In this document: one piece after another, positions 1 through 8,388 of the stretch
Layout of the letters: every line of letters begins with the position of its first letter
Numbering within the stretch: position 1 is the stretch's first letter
DNA from: a virus
Strand: one strand, 5' to 3'
Length of the DNA stretch: 57,430 nucleotides
IMG/VR virus record: IMGVR_UViG_3300045988_128708
Notes under the pieces: generated by a model
Told to the model about the DNA's origin: nothing
What the model saw: only the letters and a program-made list of their open reading frames with translations
The model's database searches: none
Program-made: the position numbers and the translations under genes

Positions 1-2167
1 GCTGCAAATTTAACACTTTTCGAAAAATCCATGCACCGGAAATTCTGCTTGAGCCGAAACTACCGCTCAATCTGTTTTTCAGAAAAGCGTAGTCGACGCC
101 GATGTCGAACTGGTGTGATTTCTCCCAAGTGATGTCAGGGTTTGCAAGCTGAGTCTGTGCCACGCCAGGAGAGAACTCTTTGTCAAACCAGTATCCGTAT
201 CCTGTTGAGCTTCCGATAGATGCCGAATAAGGGTAGTAGCTGCTTATCGCCTGATTGCCCAACAGACCGTATGATGCTCTCAGCTTGAAGTTGTCCATGA
301 CGTTTTTGGCTGATTCCCAGAATGCCTCCTCCGAGATTCTCCATCCGGCAGAAACAGAAGGGAAGAAACCCCATCGGTTGTTGCCGATGAATCGCGACGT
401 TCCGTCGTAGCGTCCGTTGACCTCAAACAGGTATCTGTCGTCGAAAGAATAGTTTACTCTGAACAGGTATGAGAGCATCGCCCATGCGTGGCGTGCGCTT
501 GAGTTTGTCATTGTCGCGGCATCGCCGTTATTGAGGTCTTGGTAGCCGTCGTAATAATAATTCTTTCGTCCGGCAATCAGGTATGAGTAGTTGAGCTCTT
601 CCGACTGGAAGCCCATCAGGAGTTTAAGATAGTTCTTGCCGAAAGTGTTTTCGTATGTTCCAATCAGGTCGTATTGCTTGCGCACTTGCTTTGTGCGTTG
701 GTCCGACATCGATGATCCTGTTGTCGGGAACGAGCCTTTGAAAGCTCCGTTCTCGTATGTGTCGTAAGGCTTTACGAATGCGTTTGTCTCGCCATCGTTG
801 CGCTTCCAGGTGTATGCTCCGTAGATTGAAAGACCTTTCAGCGGAGTGATTGTCAGCGATGTCTTGATGATATATTCAGGAGCAGTGCTGTTTGATGTGC
901 ATCCTGTTCTGACCATTGCTATAGGGTTTGTGCCGTTGATGCCGTATCCGTATGTTCCATCGGCGTTGATTCCCGACATAATAGGTGTCATTGTCAACGC
1001 TTTGCCGATGATATTGGCAGGGGAGTCCATAACGGGCGATGTGGCATTGGCTTGGCGCACGCTGGCGTCGATTCCCAATTTCACCCATTTGTTGATTTTC
1101 ATGTCTGAGTTTAAGCGCAATGATGTGCGTGAGAACTTGTTGTTGTCAATCAAACCGTCTTGTGAGTAGTATCCGGCAGAGGCGAAAACTTTAATGAATT
1201 CGCTGCCGCCGCTCACGCCCACGGAGTAGTTTTGCACAATAGCCGAGCTCTTTATCACTTCGTTGCGCCAGTCGGTGTCGTAATAGTTGATTTGGTCAAC
1301 GCCACCATTTTTGTAAATATCTATTACGTTTGTGTAAAGGGGTTGTTGCAAGGCGTTTTGACGGGCAATGTCGACAGCCTGCATATATTCGATGGCAGTT
1401 GCCGGCTCTGGCAGGGTGGTGGGAGTGTTCATTCCTACGTAGCCGTTGAAAGTAACTGTCGGTTTGCCTTCGTAGCCGCGTTTTGTAGTAATCAGGATTA
1501 CACCGTTTGACGCGCGCGAACCGTAGATTGATGCAGAGGCGGCGTCTTTAAGAACTGATATCGTCTCGATGCTGTTGAGGTCTATTCGGTTGAAGTCGCC
1601 CTCCACGCCGTCGATAAGAATGAGCGGTGATGTGGATGAGTTGAGCGATCCCAGTCCTCTGAGTTTCAGAGAGGCCTGGTCGTTGCCAGGCTGTCCGGAG
1701 CTCTGCACTGCTGTAAGTCCCGGCACGATGCCCTGGAGGGCAGAAGAGCCGTTGGAGACGTTGGCTCTGAGGATGTCCTTGCTGTTGATGCTCTGTACGG
1801 CACCGGTAAGGTTTATTTTCTTCTGTGTGCCGTATCCCACAACGACCACATCGTCAAGGGCAGTTGCCGTCTGACGCATGACAATATCCTTTTGTGTTGC
1901 CTTCTTTGCATCGATTGTTATCGTCTCAGAACCTACAAACGTGAATTTCAATTTGGTCGGAGAGTTCAATTCAATTGAATATCTGCCGTCTGCGTCTGTA
2001 ACGCCGAGCGTGTTGCCGTCCTTGTTTGTGACGGCGACTCCGATCATCGGCTCTCCGCTTTCATCAACGACTCTGCCTTGCACTGTGAATGCTTGGGCAA
2101 GCGCCGTTTGCGACATAGCGAGAAATGCAAGAATCATGGAGGCGTTTAAAAATCTTTTCAGCTTCAT
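1..2167 (-). CDS. SusC/RagA-family TonB-dependent outer-membrane receptor, N-terminal ~722 codons (3' end runs off the window)
   Basis: Reverse translation from the ATG at 2167: MKLKRFLNASMILAFLAMSQTALAQAFTVQGRVVDESGEPMIGVAVTNKDG... This gives a signal peptide and a carboxypeptidase-regulatory-like domain, then a plug region (DDVVVVGYGTQKK; IETISVLKDAASASIYGSRASNGVILITTKRG). It is absent from the ORF track because there is no stop inside the window. Confidence 0.9.
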   Translation of the reverse strand, partial: MKLKRFLNASMILAFLAMSQTALAQAFTVQGRVVDESGEPMIGVAVTNKDGNTLGVTDADGRYSIELNSPTKLKFTFVGSETITIDAKKATQKDIVMRQTATALDDVVVVGYGTQKKINLTGAVQSINSKDILRANVSNGSSALQGIVPGLTAVQSSGQPGNDQASLKLRGLGSLNSSTSPLILIDGVEGDFNRIDLNSIETISVLKDAASASIYGSRASNGVILITTKRGYEGKPTVTFNGYVGMNTPTTLPEPATAIEYMQAVDIARQNALQQPLYTNVIDIYKNGGVDQINYYDTDWRNEVIKSSAIVQNYSVGVSGGSEFIKVFASAGYYSQDGLIDNNKFSRTSLRLNSDMKINKWVKLGIDASVRQANATSPVMDSPANIIGKALTMTPIMSGINADGTYGYGINGTNPIAMVRTGCTSNSTAPEYIIKTSLTITPLKGLSIYGAYTWKRNDGETNAFVKPYDTYENGAFKGSFPTTGSSMSDQRTKQVRKQYDLIGTYENTFGKNYLKLLMGFQSEELNYSYLIAGRKNYYYDGYQDLNNGDAATMTNSSARHAWAMLSYLFRVNYSFDDRYLFEVNGRYDGTSRFIGNNRWGFFPSVSAGWRISEEAFWESAKNVMDNFKLRASYGLLGNQAISSYYPYSASIGSSTGYGYWFDKEFSPGVAQTQLANPDITWEKSHQFDIGVDYAFLKNRLSGSFGSSRISGAWIFRKVLNLQ

Positions 2168-2326
2168 TATTCGTTTTTTTATCTTGGTTTGTTTATGTTT
2201 TATTCAGTATTCTCATATGGGGCACAGAACGAAGCGTATATGAGTCGGTCGGCTGAAAAATGGGTGAGGGGTTTGTGTTTCAACGAGTTAGGCGTGTGTG
2301 GTTGAAATGACGGCGTAAAACGAAGC

Positions 2327-2407
2327 GTTTACATAGGCTTACATTTGGTTTACTTTTGGGGCTTGTTGAGGCTCCTGTGGTTTACATGGGGCTTACGGGC
2401 GGTTTAT
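2327..2407 (+). repeat. Cluster of G(G/C/T)TTAC(A/T)-type heptamer repeats (candidate outer transposase-binding sites or phage end)
   Basis: gtttacat 2327-2334, gcttacat 2337-2344, ggtttact 2347-2354, ggtttacat 2379-2387, gggcttacg 2388-2396, ggtttat 2401-2407. Same core as the 2905-2961 repeats. Confidence 0.4.
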
Positions 2408-2454
2408 ATTGCGTTTCTGTTGGTGGTTGGTGTTGGGGTGGGGTGGGGTAGAAT

Positions 2455-2478
2455 GGTGGCTGAGGCCACTTTTTTTTA
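2455..2478 (+). terminator. Hairpin plus T8 (intrinsic-terminator-like) preceded by a G-run tract
   Basis: gtggc(2456-2460) tgag gccac(2465-2469) followed by tttttttt 2470-2477. Upstream is ggtgttggggtggggtggggt (2430-2450). Confidence 0.4.
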
Positions 2479-2531
2479 TGGTGTTTCTGAAATTTTATAT
2501 TGCGAAATTATTCCATATAATGATTATTTGG

Positions 2532-2539
2532 TATATTTG
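2532..2539 (+). promoter_or_regulatory. Bacteroides-type -7 promoter box (TAnnTTTG) upstream of the 79-aa ORF
   Basis: tatatttg at 2532-2539, 15 nt before the ATG at 2554. It matches the Bacteroides sigma-ABfr -7 consensus TAnnTTTG. Confidence 0.4.
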
Positions 2540-2553
2540 CAGAAACAAAACGA

Positions 2554-2793
2554 GTGAATATGGCAAAGGTAATACATGTGCATCTGCTGCACAATATAGA
2601 TGGAACGAGGCGGAAAGACTGGTACTTTAGCAGCATTTCCGCGGTTTATACGGTTTTGACGGCTGAACAGATCGGCGCAACGAAGAATTATTTGCTTCAT
2701 GCCGGGTTGTCTGGCAATGGTACATTATGCACGAAACGCGCTATAATCAAGCAATCTACGCTTATTTCATGCTCTCGTGGGGCAGATGATTAG
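2554..2793 (+). CDS. Hypothetical small protein (79 aa); host or phage-end gene unresolved
   Basis: ORF with a consensus -7 box upstream and a strong terminator downstream (2853-2877). No recognisable domain. Confidence 0.45.
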   Translation: MNMAKVIHVHLLHNIDGTRRKDWYFSSISAVYTVLTAEQIGATKNYLLHAGLSGNGTLCTKRAIIKQSTLISCSRGADD

Positions 2794-2852
2794 GCTGGTG
2801 TTTTTATGGCGTTAGAACGCAAATAAAAGGCCGTTTGTACGGTCGTGGGAAA

Positions 2853-2877
2853 GGAGGTCGTTTGGCCTCCTTTTTTT
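2853..2877 (+). terminator. Rho-independent terminator
   Basis: ggaggtc gttt ggcctcc (7-bp stem including one G-U, 4-nt loop) followed by ttttttt 2871-2877. Confidence 0.7.
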
Positions 2878-2904
2878 ATGTCCGAAAATGGCGAAAATAG
2901 TGAG

Positions 2905-2961
2905 TGGGGTTACAGCTGGGGTTACAAAGTGGGGTTACATTTTCTGAAAAGTGGGGTTACA
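2905..2961 (+). repeat. Four direct copies of TGGGGTTACA (candidate Mu-type transposase end-binding sites or enhancer)
   Basis: tggggttaca at 2905-2914, 2917-2926, 2930-2939 and 2952-2961. Degenerate copies: cggggttttt ~2966 and cggggttataa ~3142-3152. Confidence 0.6.
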
Positions 2962-3213
2962 CATTCGGGGTTTTTGGGGGTAGGATAGAGGGGGAGGGAA
3001 AAGGATAGTTTTAAGGGATAGGGTGGGGGAAACTACCTATTTGTGATATTGGTAAAATGGGTGCGAATCGGGCTAAAACCTTGTATTTATGAGGCTTCTT
3101 ACATGGAATGAGCCTCGAAAGAGGGGGTACACCCCTCCAAACGGGGTTATAATGGGGTGGAGGGGCATACGTTTGGTGTTACGGCTTGCCACCTATGATA
3201 ACATGAAATGGGT

Positions 3214-3654
3214 TTACCCTGCACTTGCAATATTTGAAGTGTCGGCATCCGATACATGCTTTTCTTTTTCGATAGACAGTTGCTTTATGGTTTCTTTGAG
3301 ACGTCCTATTTCCTCTGCTTGTTGTATGATTTTAGCATCTTTGCTTTGTATGTATGGTTCTAATTGACCAAAGAATGTGGCAATGCTTGTCTCTGTCGTT
3401 GCAAGAATAGGGTTTCCTGGCTCAGAATTAGGTAAGGTGTCACTCCCTAAGCCAGTGAGAAGCCACATTGCGTTTACATCGTAAGAAATCACGATTTTTT
3501 CTAAGACGTCAGCTTTGGGTATGACTCCCTTTATATAACCTCTTATATTAGCTTCACTAACGCCTAATTTCTGGGCGAATACTGTATTCTTTCCACCTGC
3601 TTTAATATCAACGAGGTGCTTGATTCTTTCGTGAATTGTCCCGTTATGTGCCAT
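3214..3654 (-). CDS. Phage repressor, XRE-type HTH with C-terminal coiled coil (Mu c-like position)
   Basis: 146 aa. HTH: NTVFAQKLGVSEANIRGYIKG. C-terminal part: IQQAEEIGRLKETIKQLSIEKEK. Divergent from the early operon. Confidence 0.75.
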   Translation of the reverse strand: MAHNGTIHERIKHLVDIKAGGKNTVFAQKLGVSEANIRGYIKGVIPKADVLEKIVISYDVNAMWLLTGLGSDTLPNSEPGNPILATTETSIATFFGQLEPYIQSKDAKIIQQAEEIGRLKETIKQLSIEKEKHVSDADTSNIASAG

Positions 3655-3713
3655 AATTCTAAATTTAATCGAAATAAATCCCGATTTTTCTTTTGTAATT
3701 CGTGAGAAACCAC

Positions 3714-3748
3714 TATCTTTGCAGCGTGTTAATTATTTAACGCGCGGT
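3714..3748 (+). promoter_or_regulatory. Early promoter -7 box plus overlapping 22-bp near-palindromic operator candidate
   Basis: tatctttg (TAnnTTTG) at 3714-3721. gcgtgttaattatttaacgcgc at 3724-3745 pairs 9 of 11 positions as a dyad. It lies between the divergent repressor and early genes. Confidence 0.5.
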
Positions 3749-3762
3749 CAAAGGTACGAAAA

Positions 3763-4008
3763 ATGACCGAGAATAACGAATTTTTGCAATTAAAGAATAT
3801 GAACGACAACGAATTAAAGGAGTGGCAGACGCAGAGCGTGAAGCACAAGGTGGCAATGGTTCTGATAATGGATGGTGTTAGTTTCAGCTATACAGAAGAG
3901 GACGGCATCGTATTTACAGCACCAGAATGTTATGTGGCGAGATTGATAAGACGGCTGATGTCCTGCTACGGATGTAGCGTAAGACCAAAGATAAACGAGG
4001 TAAAATGA
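3763..4008 (+). CDS. Hypothetical early protein (81 aa; Ner position)
   Basis: First ORF of the rightward early operon. No motif recognised. Confidence 0.5.
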   Translation: MTENNEFLQLKNMNDNELKEWQTQSVKHKVAMVLIMDGVSFSYTEEDGIVFTAPECYVARLIRRLMSCYGCSVRPKINEVK

Positions 4009-4019
4009 TTGCAGGATAA

Positions 4020-4180
4020 CACGGAAGCCCAGGGTGATGTACTGGATAGTCGGCAGGGCCAGCCTCGGATGACGGCGGGAAAGACCGCAGGGGTGGCACG
4101 GTTGCAGTGGCCGGAATGTTGGAATAAGCGAAAGCGAAGAGCGTAGGACAGCCATGGGGTTCGACTCCCCACACTCCACA
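4020..4180 (+). ncRNA. GC-rich non-coding element ending in a tRNA/tmRNA-like T-arm plus acceptor 3' strand (partial, not a full cloverleaf)
   Basis: tgggg(4155-4159) ttcgact cccca(4167-4171) is a canonical 5-bp T-stem with a TTCGANT loop. It is followed by the 7-nt cactcca. The preceding gtaggacagcc resembles tmRNA 3' regions. The 200-bp gap has no plausible same-strand ORF. Confidence 0.35.
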
Positions 4181-4208
4181 ATAAGTATAACGTAAAAACA
4201 AGTGAGAT

Positions 4209-4571
4209 ATGAAAAAGTACATTCATGTAACAAAAGAGGTTCGTGAGCACCTGATGAAAATCTTCAGTGTTTCCGCTGTAATGGTATGGAAGGCTTTGAC
4301 TTTTGAGAGTGAGAGTGTCCTTGCCAACAAGATACGCAAGGCTGCCTTTGAGAACTTTGGTATATTGATGAACGAGTTGCCAGCAGTGGAAACGTTCCAT
4401 GACCATGACAACTATATGCGCCAGTATTTCCCGAATGGTGTTTTGCTGGAGGTAAACAAGAGCAATGGTGATGTGGATGTGATTTTCAAAGGTGAAAGTG
4501 TCAAGCACTATGAAAACGTGTTTGTAAGAGACCTTAAAGGCATTCAGAACTGGGCTGCAACATTGAGATAA
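4209..4571 (+). CDS. Hypothetical early protein (120 aa), possible DNA-binding N-terminus
   Basis: ORF tightly followed by the transposase gene. No clear motif. Confidence 0.55.
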   Translation: MKKYIHVTKEVREHLMKIFSVSAVMVWKALTFESESVLANKIRKAAFENFGILMNELPAVETFHDHDNYMRQYFPNGVLLEVNKSNGDVDVIFKGESVKHYENVFVRDLKGIQNWAATLR

Positions 4572-4583
4572 GGAGGAGTAAGT

Positions 4584-6590
4584 ATGGAGTACCACGATAA
4601 CAGACTTTGCATCTCGATGCGGGAACTTGTGGATGGCGGTGTGATGACCGTATCAAACTACAAGCAGCTCTCCGCACGCGGTCGCATTGATGTAGTGCGT
4701 CGTGGTGGAGGCTCTTCCAAGAACTACGCGCTTATTGCCGTATGCAGTCTGCCCGATGCTTATCAAGACAAACTCAAGGAGCTTTATCCGGACCCGTCGC
4801 TTGAGGTGCTGCTTGCCTGGCTTGATGCCAACTACGAGGTGGACCAGGCAGCTGTCGCTTATTTCAACGACTGGCGCAACCAGTGCGGACACGACCACGC
4901 TACCGATGCTCATGTGAAGGAGTATGTGACCAACGCCAGCGTGCTGAATGCTTGTATTAAGCTCTACAACAACGCCAAGGCGATACAGAAGACAATGGGC
5001 CAGAAGTATGACTGGAGCATGATGTCGCAAGCTGTGGAGGGCTACCGTATGAAGACAGGGCACACATTGCCTGCAAGTATGTTGCGCTTCCGCAAGAAGG
5101 TGAACGAGTACCAGCGTGACGGATACCAGTGTCTCATCAGCCGAAAGTTCGGCAACCAGGCAAGCCGTAAGGTAGATTACCGAACAATGCGCTTGATATG
5201 GTCAATAGCGGTGCTACCCAACAAGCCGTTCAATACCAATGTTTGGGAATTGTACAACTCGTTTGTGTGCGGTGAGCTGGACGTGTATGACCCAGAGACC
5301 GGTGAGCTTTTCGACGCAAGCGAGTGGACCGACAAGAACGGTGACCCGAAGTCATTGAGCGAAAGCACTATCACGAACTACCTGAATCGTCCAGATGCTC
5401 GTCTGTTTATAGCAAAACACCAAGATTCTTACACCACATTCATGCACGAGCAGATGCCACACGTTCACCGCCATGCGCCTGAGTTCTCGTTCTCAAAGAT
5501 TTCATTCGATGACCGCGACCTCCCACGCAAACTGAAGGATACCAAGGCAAGGCCGAAGGCATACTACGCCTACGATGTCACAAGCCAGTGCGTGGTGGGC
5601 TACGCCTACAACCGCAACAAGAACGTGGACTTGGTTGCCGACTGCTTCCGTTCGATGTTCCGACTGATAGAAAGCAAGGGCTGGGGTTGCCCGGCGCAGG
5701 TTGAGGTGGAGAACCACTTGATGAGTCAGTGGAAAGAGAGTTTCCTGAAGGCAGGAGTATTGTTCCCATTTGTGCGTTTCTGCGCCCCGATGAACTCCCA
5801 AGAGAAATACGCTGAGCCGATGAACGGTGCCAAGAAACGCCGTGTGGAGCATCGGAACCACCTCGGCATCGGACGCTTCTACGCCAAGGATAGACACTAC
5901 CGCACGGAGGCCAAGAAGGTGTTTGACGAGAAGAATGACACCTACGAGGACAAACAGTACTACACATGGGAAGAACTGATTGCTGATGACATCCGCGACA
6001 TCAAGGAGTTCAACAATACCCTCCACCCGAATCAGAAGAAATACCCCGGCATGACACGCTGGCAAGTGCTTGAAGCCAATATGAACCCAACACTTCAGCC
6101 AATGGACAAATCGGTGTGGGCACGCTTTATCGGCGAGCACACTGAGACCTCCATACGCAGGAACAGCTACTGCAGAGTGGCATATAAGGACTGGTGGTTG
6201 AGCAAAACCGAGGTGATAGAAAAACTTGCACCGAACAACTACAAGGTTGATGCCTACTATCTGACCGATGAGGACGGCAACGCGACCGATGTGTACATCT
6301 TCCAGAACGACCGACTTATCGACAAGCTCGAGGACGTGGGCACGTTCAACACTGCCGATGCAGAGCAGACTGACAAGGACAAGGAGATATTCGTGAACCA
6401 GCAGAAGAAGATAGCAGCATTCAACGCATACGTGAAGAAGAACGCCATAGCAAGTGTGGGCATATCCAAGGCTGAGCAGACCGCCCATGAAGAGGCTGCA
6501 CCACCGCCACCGATTGAACTTCCACCGATGGAAAGCGAGCAGGAAATGGAAGTGAGCTACCATATTTCTGACCCGTTGGCAGATTTATAG
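4584..6590 (+). CDS. Mu A-like DDE transposase
   Basis: 668 aa. It is the largest early ORF and is immediately followed by an AAA+ ATPase (Mu A-B order). Candidate acidic triad contexts: ISFDDRD, YAYDVTSQCVVGY, QVEVENH. Assignment rests largely on synteny. Confidence 0.7.
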   Translation: MEYHDNRLCISMRELVDGGVMTVSNYKQLSARGRIDVVRRGGGSSKNYALIAVCSLPDAYQDKLKELYPDPSLEVLLAWLDANYEVDQAAVAYFNDWRNQCGHDHATDAHVKEYVTNASVLNACIKLYNNAKAIQKTMGQKYDWSMMSQAVEGYRMKTGHTLPASMLRFRKKVNEYQRDGYQCLISRKFGNQASRKVDYRTMRLIWSIAVLPNKPFNTNVWELYNSFVCGELDVYDPETGELFDASEWTDKNGDPKSLSESTITNYLNRPDARLFIAKHQDSYTTFMHEQMPHVHRHAPEFSFSKISFDDRDLPRKLKDTKARPKAYYAYDVTSQCVVGYAYNRNKNVDLVADCFRSMFRLIESKGWGCPAQVEVENHLMSQWKESFLKAGVLFPFVRFCAPMNSQEKYAEPMNGAKKRRVEHRNHLGIGRFYAKDRHYRTEAKKVFDEKNDTYEDKQYYTWEELIADDIRDIKEFNNTLHPNQKKYPGMTRWQVLEANMNPTLQPMDKSVWARFIGEHTETSIRRNSYCRVAYKDWWLSKTEVIEKLAPNNYKVDAYYLTDEDGNATDVYIFQNDRLIDKLEDVGTFNTADAEQTDKDKEIFVNQQKKIAAFNAYVKKNAIASVGISKAEQTAHEEAAPPPPIELPPMESEQEMEVSYHISDPLADL

Positions 6591-6625
6591 AATGATATTA
6601 GAATACAATTAAAATAACGTGAGAC

Positions 6626-7504
6626 ATGATAACGAATGAGAACAAGAAGCGGATATTGGAGGCTATAGCCACCAACCGCACGAACTATCCGAGCGATGCC
6701 AAGCACGCTGCTTCATTGGGCATCAGCACCTCGGTATATAGCGCCATCAAGAATGGACAGACCGACAAGGCACTGAGCGAAGCCAACTGGATAACCATCG
6801 CCCGAAGACTGGGTGTGAACCTCAGAGGAGGCATTGAATGGAAGCCAGCACGCACCGCCACCTTCGAATATATCACCAAGCAGCTGGAGTTCAGCCAACA
6901 GAGCGGACTGAGTGCGATACTATGTGATATACCCAACATCGGCAAGACATTCACGGCACGCTATTATGTGCAGTGCCACCGCAATGCCATCTATGTAGAT
7001 TGCTCCCAAGTGAAGACCAAACTGAAGCTGGTGCGCAAGATAGCCACTGAGTTCGGTGTGGGCAGCAACGGAAGATACAGCGACGTGTACGAGGATTTGG
7101 TTTATTACTTGCGCTCAATCGACACACCACTCATCATTTTGGACGAGGCTGGCGACTTGCAGTATGAGGCATTTCTGGAACTCAAAGCCTTGTGGAACGC
7201 TACAGAAAGATGCTGTGCCTGGTATATGATGGGTGCGGACGGGCTGAAAGCCAAAATCAATCGCTCCATTGAGTGCAAGAAAGTGGGCTATACCGAGATG
7301 CTCAGTCGATATGGTGACCGCTACTCGAAGGTAACGCCCGACGACTGCAAGGAGCGTGAGAAGTTCCTGAAAGACCAGGCGAGCGTGGTGGCAAAGGTGA
7401 ACGCCCCAGAAGGTGCGGATATTGCTACTCTGGTGCGCAAGTCGGGTGGTGGACTGAGACGAGTTTACACGGAAATAGAAAAACTAAAAAGAGTGCAGGC
7501 ATGA
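6626..7504 (+). CDS. Mu B-like AAA+ ATPase (transposition target-capture protein)
   Basis: 292 aa. N-terminal HTH (AASLGISTSVYSAIKNG), P-loop-like DIPNIGKTF, Walker B LIILDEAG. Confidence 0.7.
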   Translation: MITNENKKRILEAIATNRTNYPSDAKHAASLGISTSVYSAIKNGQTDKALSEANWITIARRLGVNLRGGIEWKPARTATFEYITKQLEFSQQSGLSAILCDIPNIGKTFTARYYVQCHRNAIYVDCSQVKTKLKLVRKIATEFGVGSNGRYSDVYEDLVYYLRSIDTPLIILDEAGDLQYEAFLELKALWNATERCCAWYMMGADGLKAKINRSIECKKVGYTEMLSRYGDRYSKVTPDDCKEREKFLKDQASVVAKVNAPEGADIATLVRKSGGGLRRVYTEIEKLKRVQA

Positions 7505-7734
7505 TGACAAAGATGGAAATGCAATATATGGACGCGGTTATACAAATAAACCGCCGACAACGAAATAACGAGGTGGACTGGGAGCAACGTCGCTATGAAT
7601 TGGCCAAGGCTGCATTGTTTGTGGCTCCAGTCCTTCACCATGATCGTGAAGAAATGACAGCCGAACTCATTGCCAAATATGCAGTCAAGATAGCGGACGC
7701 TGTTGTATCAGAACTTATCGAAACAGAGAAGTGA
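7501..7734 (+). CDS. Hypothetical early protein (77 aa)
   Basis: ATGA start/stop overlap with the upstream gene (7501-7504). Confidence 0.5.
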   Translation: MMTKMEMQYMDAVIQINRRQRNNEVDWEQRRYELAKAALFVAPVLHHDREEMTAELIAKYAVKIADAVVSELIETEK

Positions 7735-7735
7735 T

Positions 7736-8377
7736 ATGGCAAAGCGAGCATATAGTCCCAAGGATGTGGCTAATATCAAGTGCAAGGCACTACCATTTGA
7801 AGGACAATGGAAAGACGTGTTCGGTCAGCCAGAAGAGGGCGACACATGGTTCATCAGTGGTCCCAGTGCCAGTGGTAAGAGTTCCTTCGTTATGCAGTTT
7901 GCCAAGATGCTCTGCGGTATAGGCAGCGTGTTGTATGTGTCCTTGGAAGAGGGCGTTGGTCTGTCGATGCAACGACGGCTTGCCCAATTCAAGATGACTG
8001 ACGTTCAAGGCTCGTTCCGCCTCATTACCGATGGCGACATCAAGGCATTGGAAGAACGTCTGGCGAAGCCCAAGAGTGCCAAGTTTATCATTGTGGACAG
8101 TTACCAGTACGCATACGAAGCAGGGTGGGAATATTCGCTGACCAGGGCACTGATAGACCGCTTCAAGCGCAAGACCTTCATTTTCGTCAGCCAAGAGGAT
8201 AAAGGCAAACCCATCGGCAAACCTGCCATCAGACTGAAATACGCTGCCGGCGTGAAGGTGAGAACGCAAGGCTTCCGTGCATACTGTCAAGGACGCTATT
8301 CAGGCAACGTAAGTGAATACTACACCATCTGGGCGGAGAAAGCCGTGGAGGTTTACAATGACAAGTCTAACAACTAA
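7736..8377 (+). CDS. P-loop NTPase (RecA/KaiC-like fold suspected)
   Basis: Walker A GPSASGKSSF, Walker B-like FIIVDSYQY. I chose the ATG at 7736 (MAKRAYSPKD) over the tracked 7703 start because 7703 overlaps the previous ORF. Confidence 0.6.
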   Translation: MAKRAYSPKDVANIKCKALPFEGQWKDVFGQPEEGDTWFISGPSASGKSSFVMQFAKMLCGIGSVLYVSLEEGVGLSMQRRLAQFKMTDVQGSFRLITDGDIKALEERLAKPKSAKFIIVDSYQYAYEAGWEYSLTRALIDRFKRKTFIFVSQEDKGKPIGKPAIRLKYAAGVKVRTQGFRAYCQGRYSGNVSEYYTIWAEKAVEVYNDKSNN

Positions 8378-8388
8378 ACATAACTGAG

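Noticed and set aside
846-2243. Plus-strand ORFs 846..1169, 1232..1510, 1569..1874, 1878..2243
   Set aside because: They lie antisense to the SusC-family coding sequence, which translates cleanly on the minus strand with signal peptide and plug motifs.
2905-2961. CRISPR array
   Set aside because: The repeats are 10 bp with 2-12 bp spacing. That is far too short for CRISPR repeats and spacers, and there are no cas genes.
3089-3367. 92-aa plus-strand ORF downstream of and overlapping the repressor
   Set aside because: It overlaps the 3' end of the HTH repressor gene on the opposite strand, and the region contains hairpins and G/C runs better read as the repressor terminator.
3818-4180. Full-length tmRNA (5' ggagtg at 3819-3824 could pair with cactcc at 4172-4177, giving a ~360-nt span)
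   Set aside because: The 5' region lacks the tmRNA GGGG...TTCGAC-type start and no ANDENYALAA-like tag reading frame is visible. The span overlaps a plausible 81-aa protein ORF. Only the 3' T-arm part is convincing.
4081-4180. Complete tRNA gene
   Set aside because: I could not find a 5' acceptor strand (tggagtg), D-arm or anticodon arm in the correct spacing. A weak D-arm-like tggc...gccg pairing has no matching acceptor.
5502-6563. 353-aa minus-strand ORF inside the transposase gene (and mirror 50868..51929)
   Set aside because: It is antisense to a motif-bearing 668-aa ORF, has a low-complexity hydrophobic translation, and breaks operon logic.
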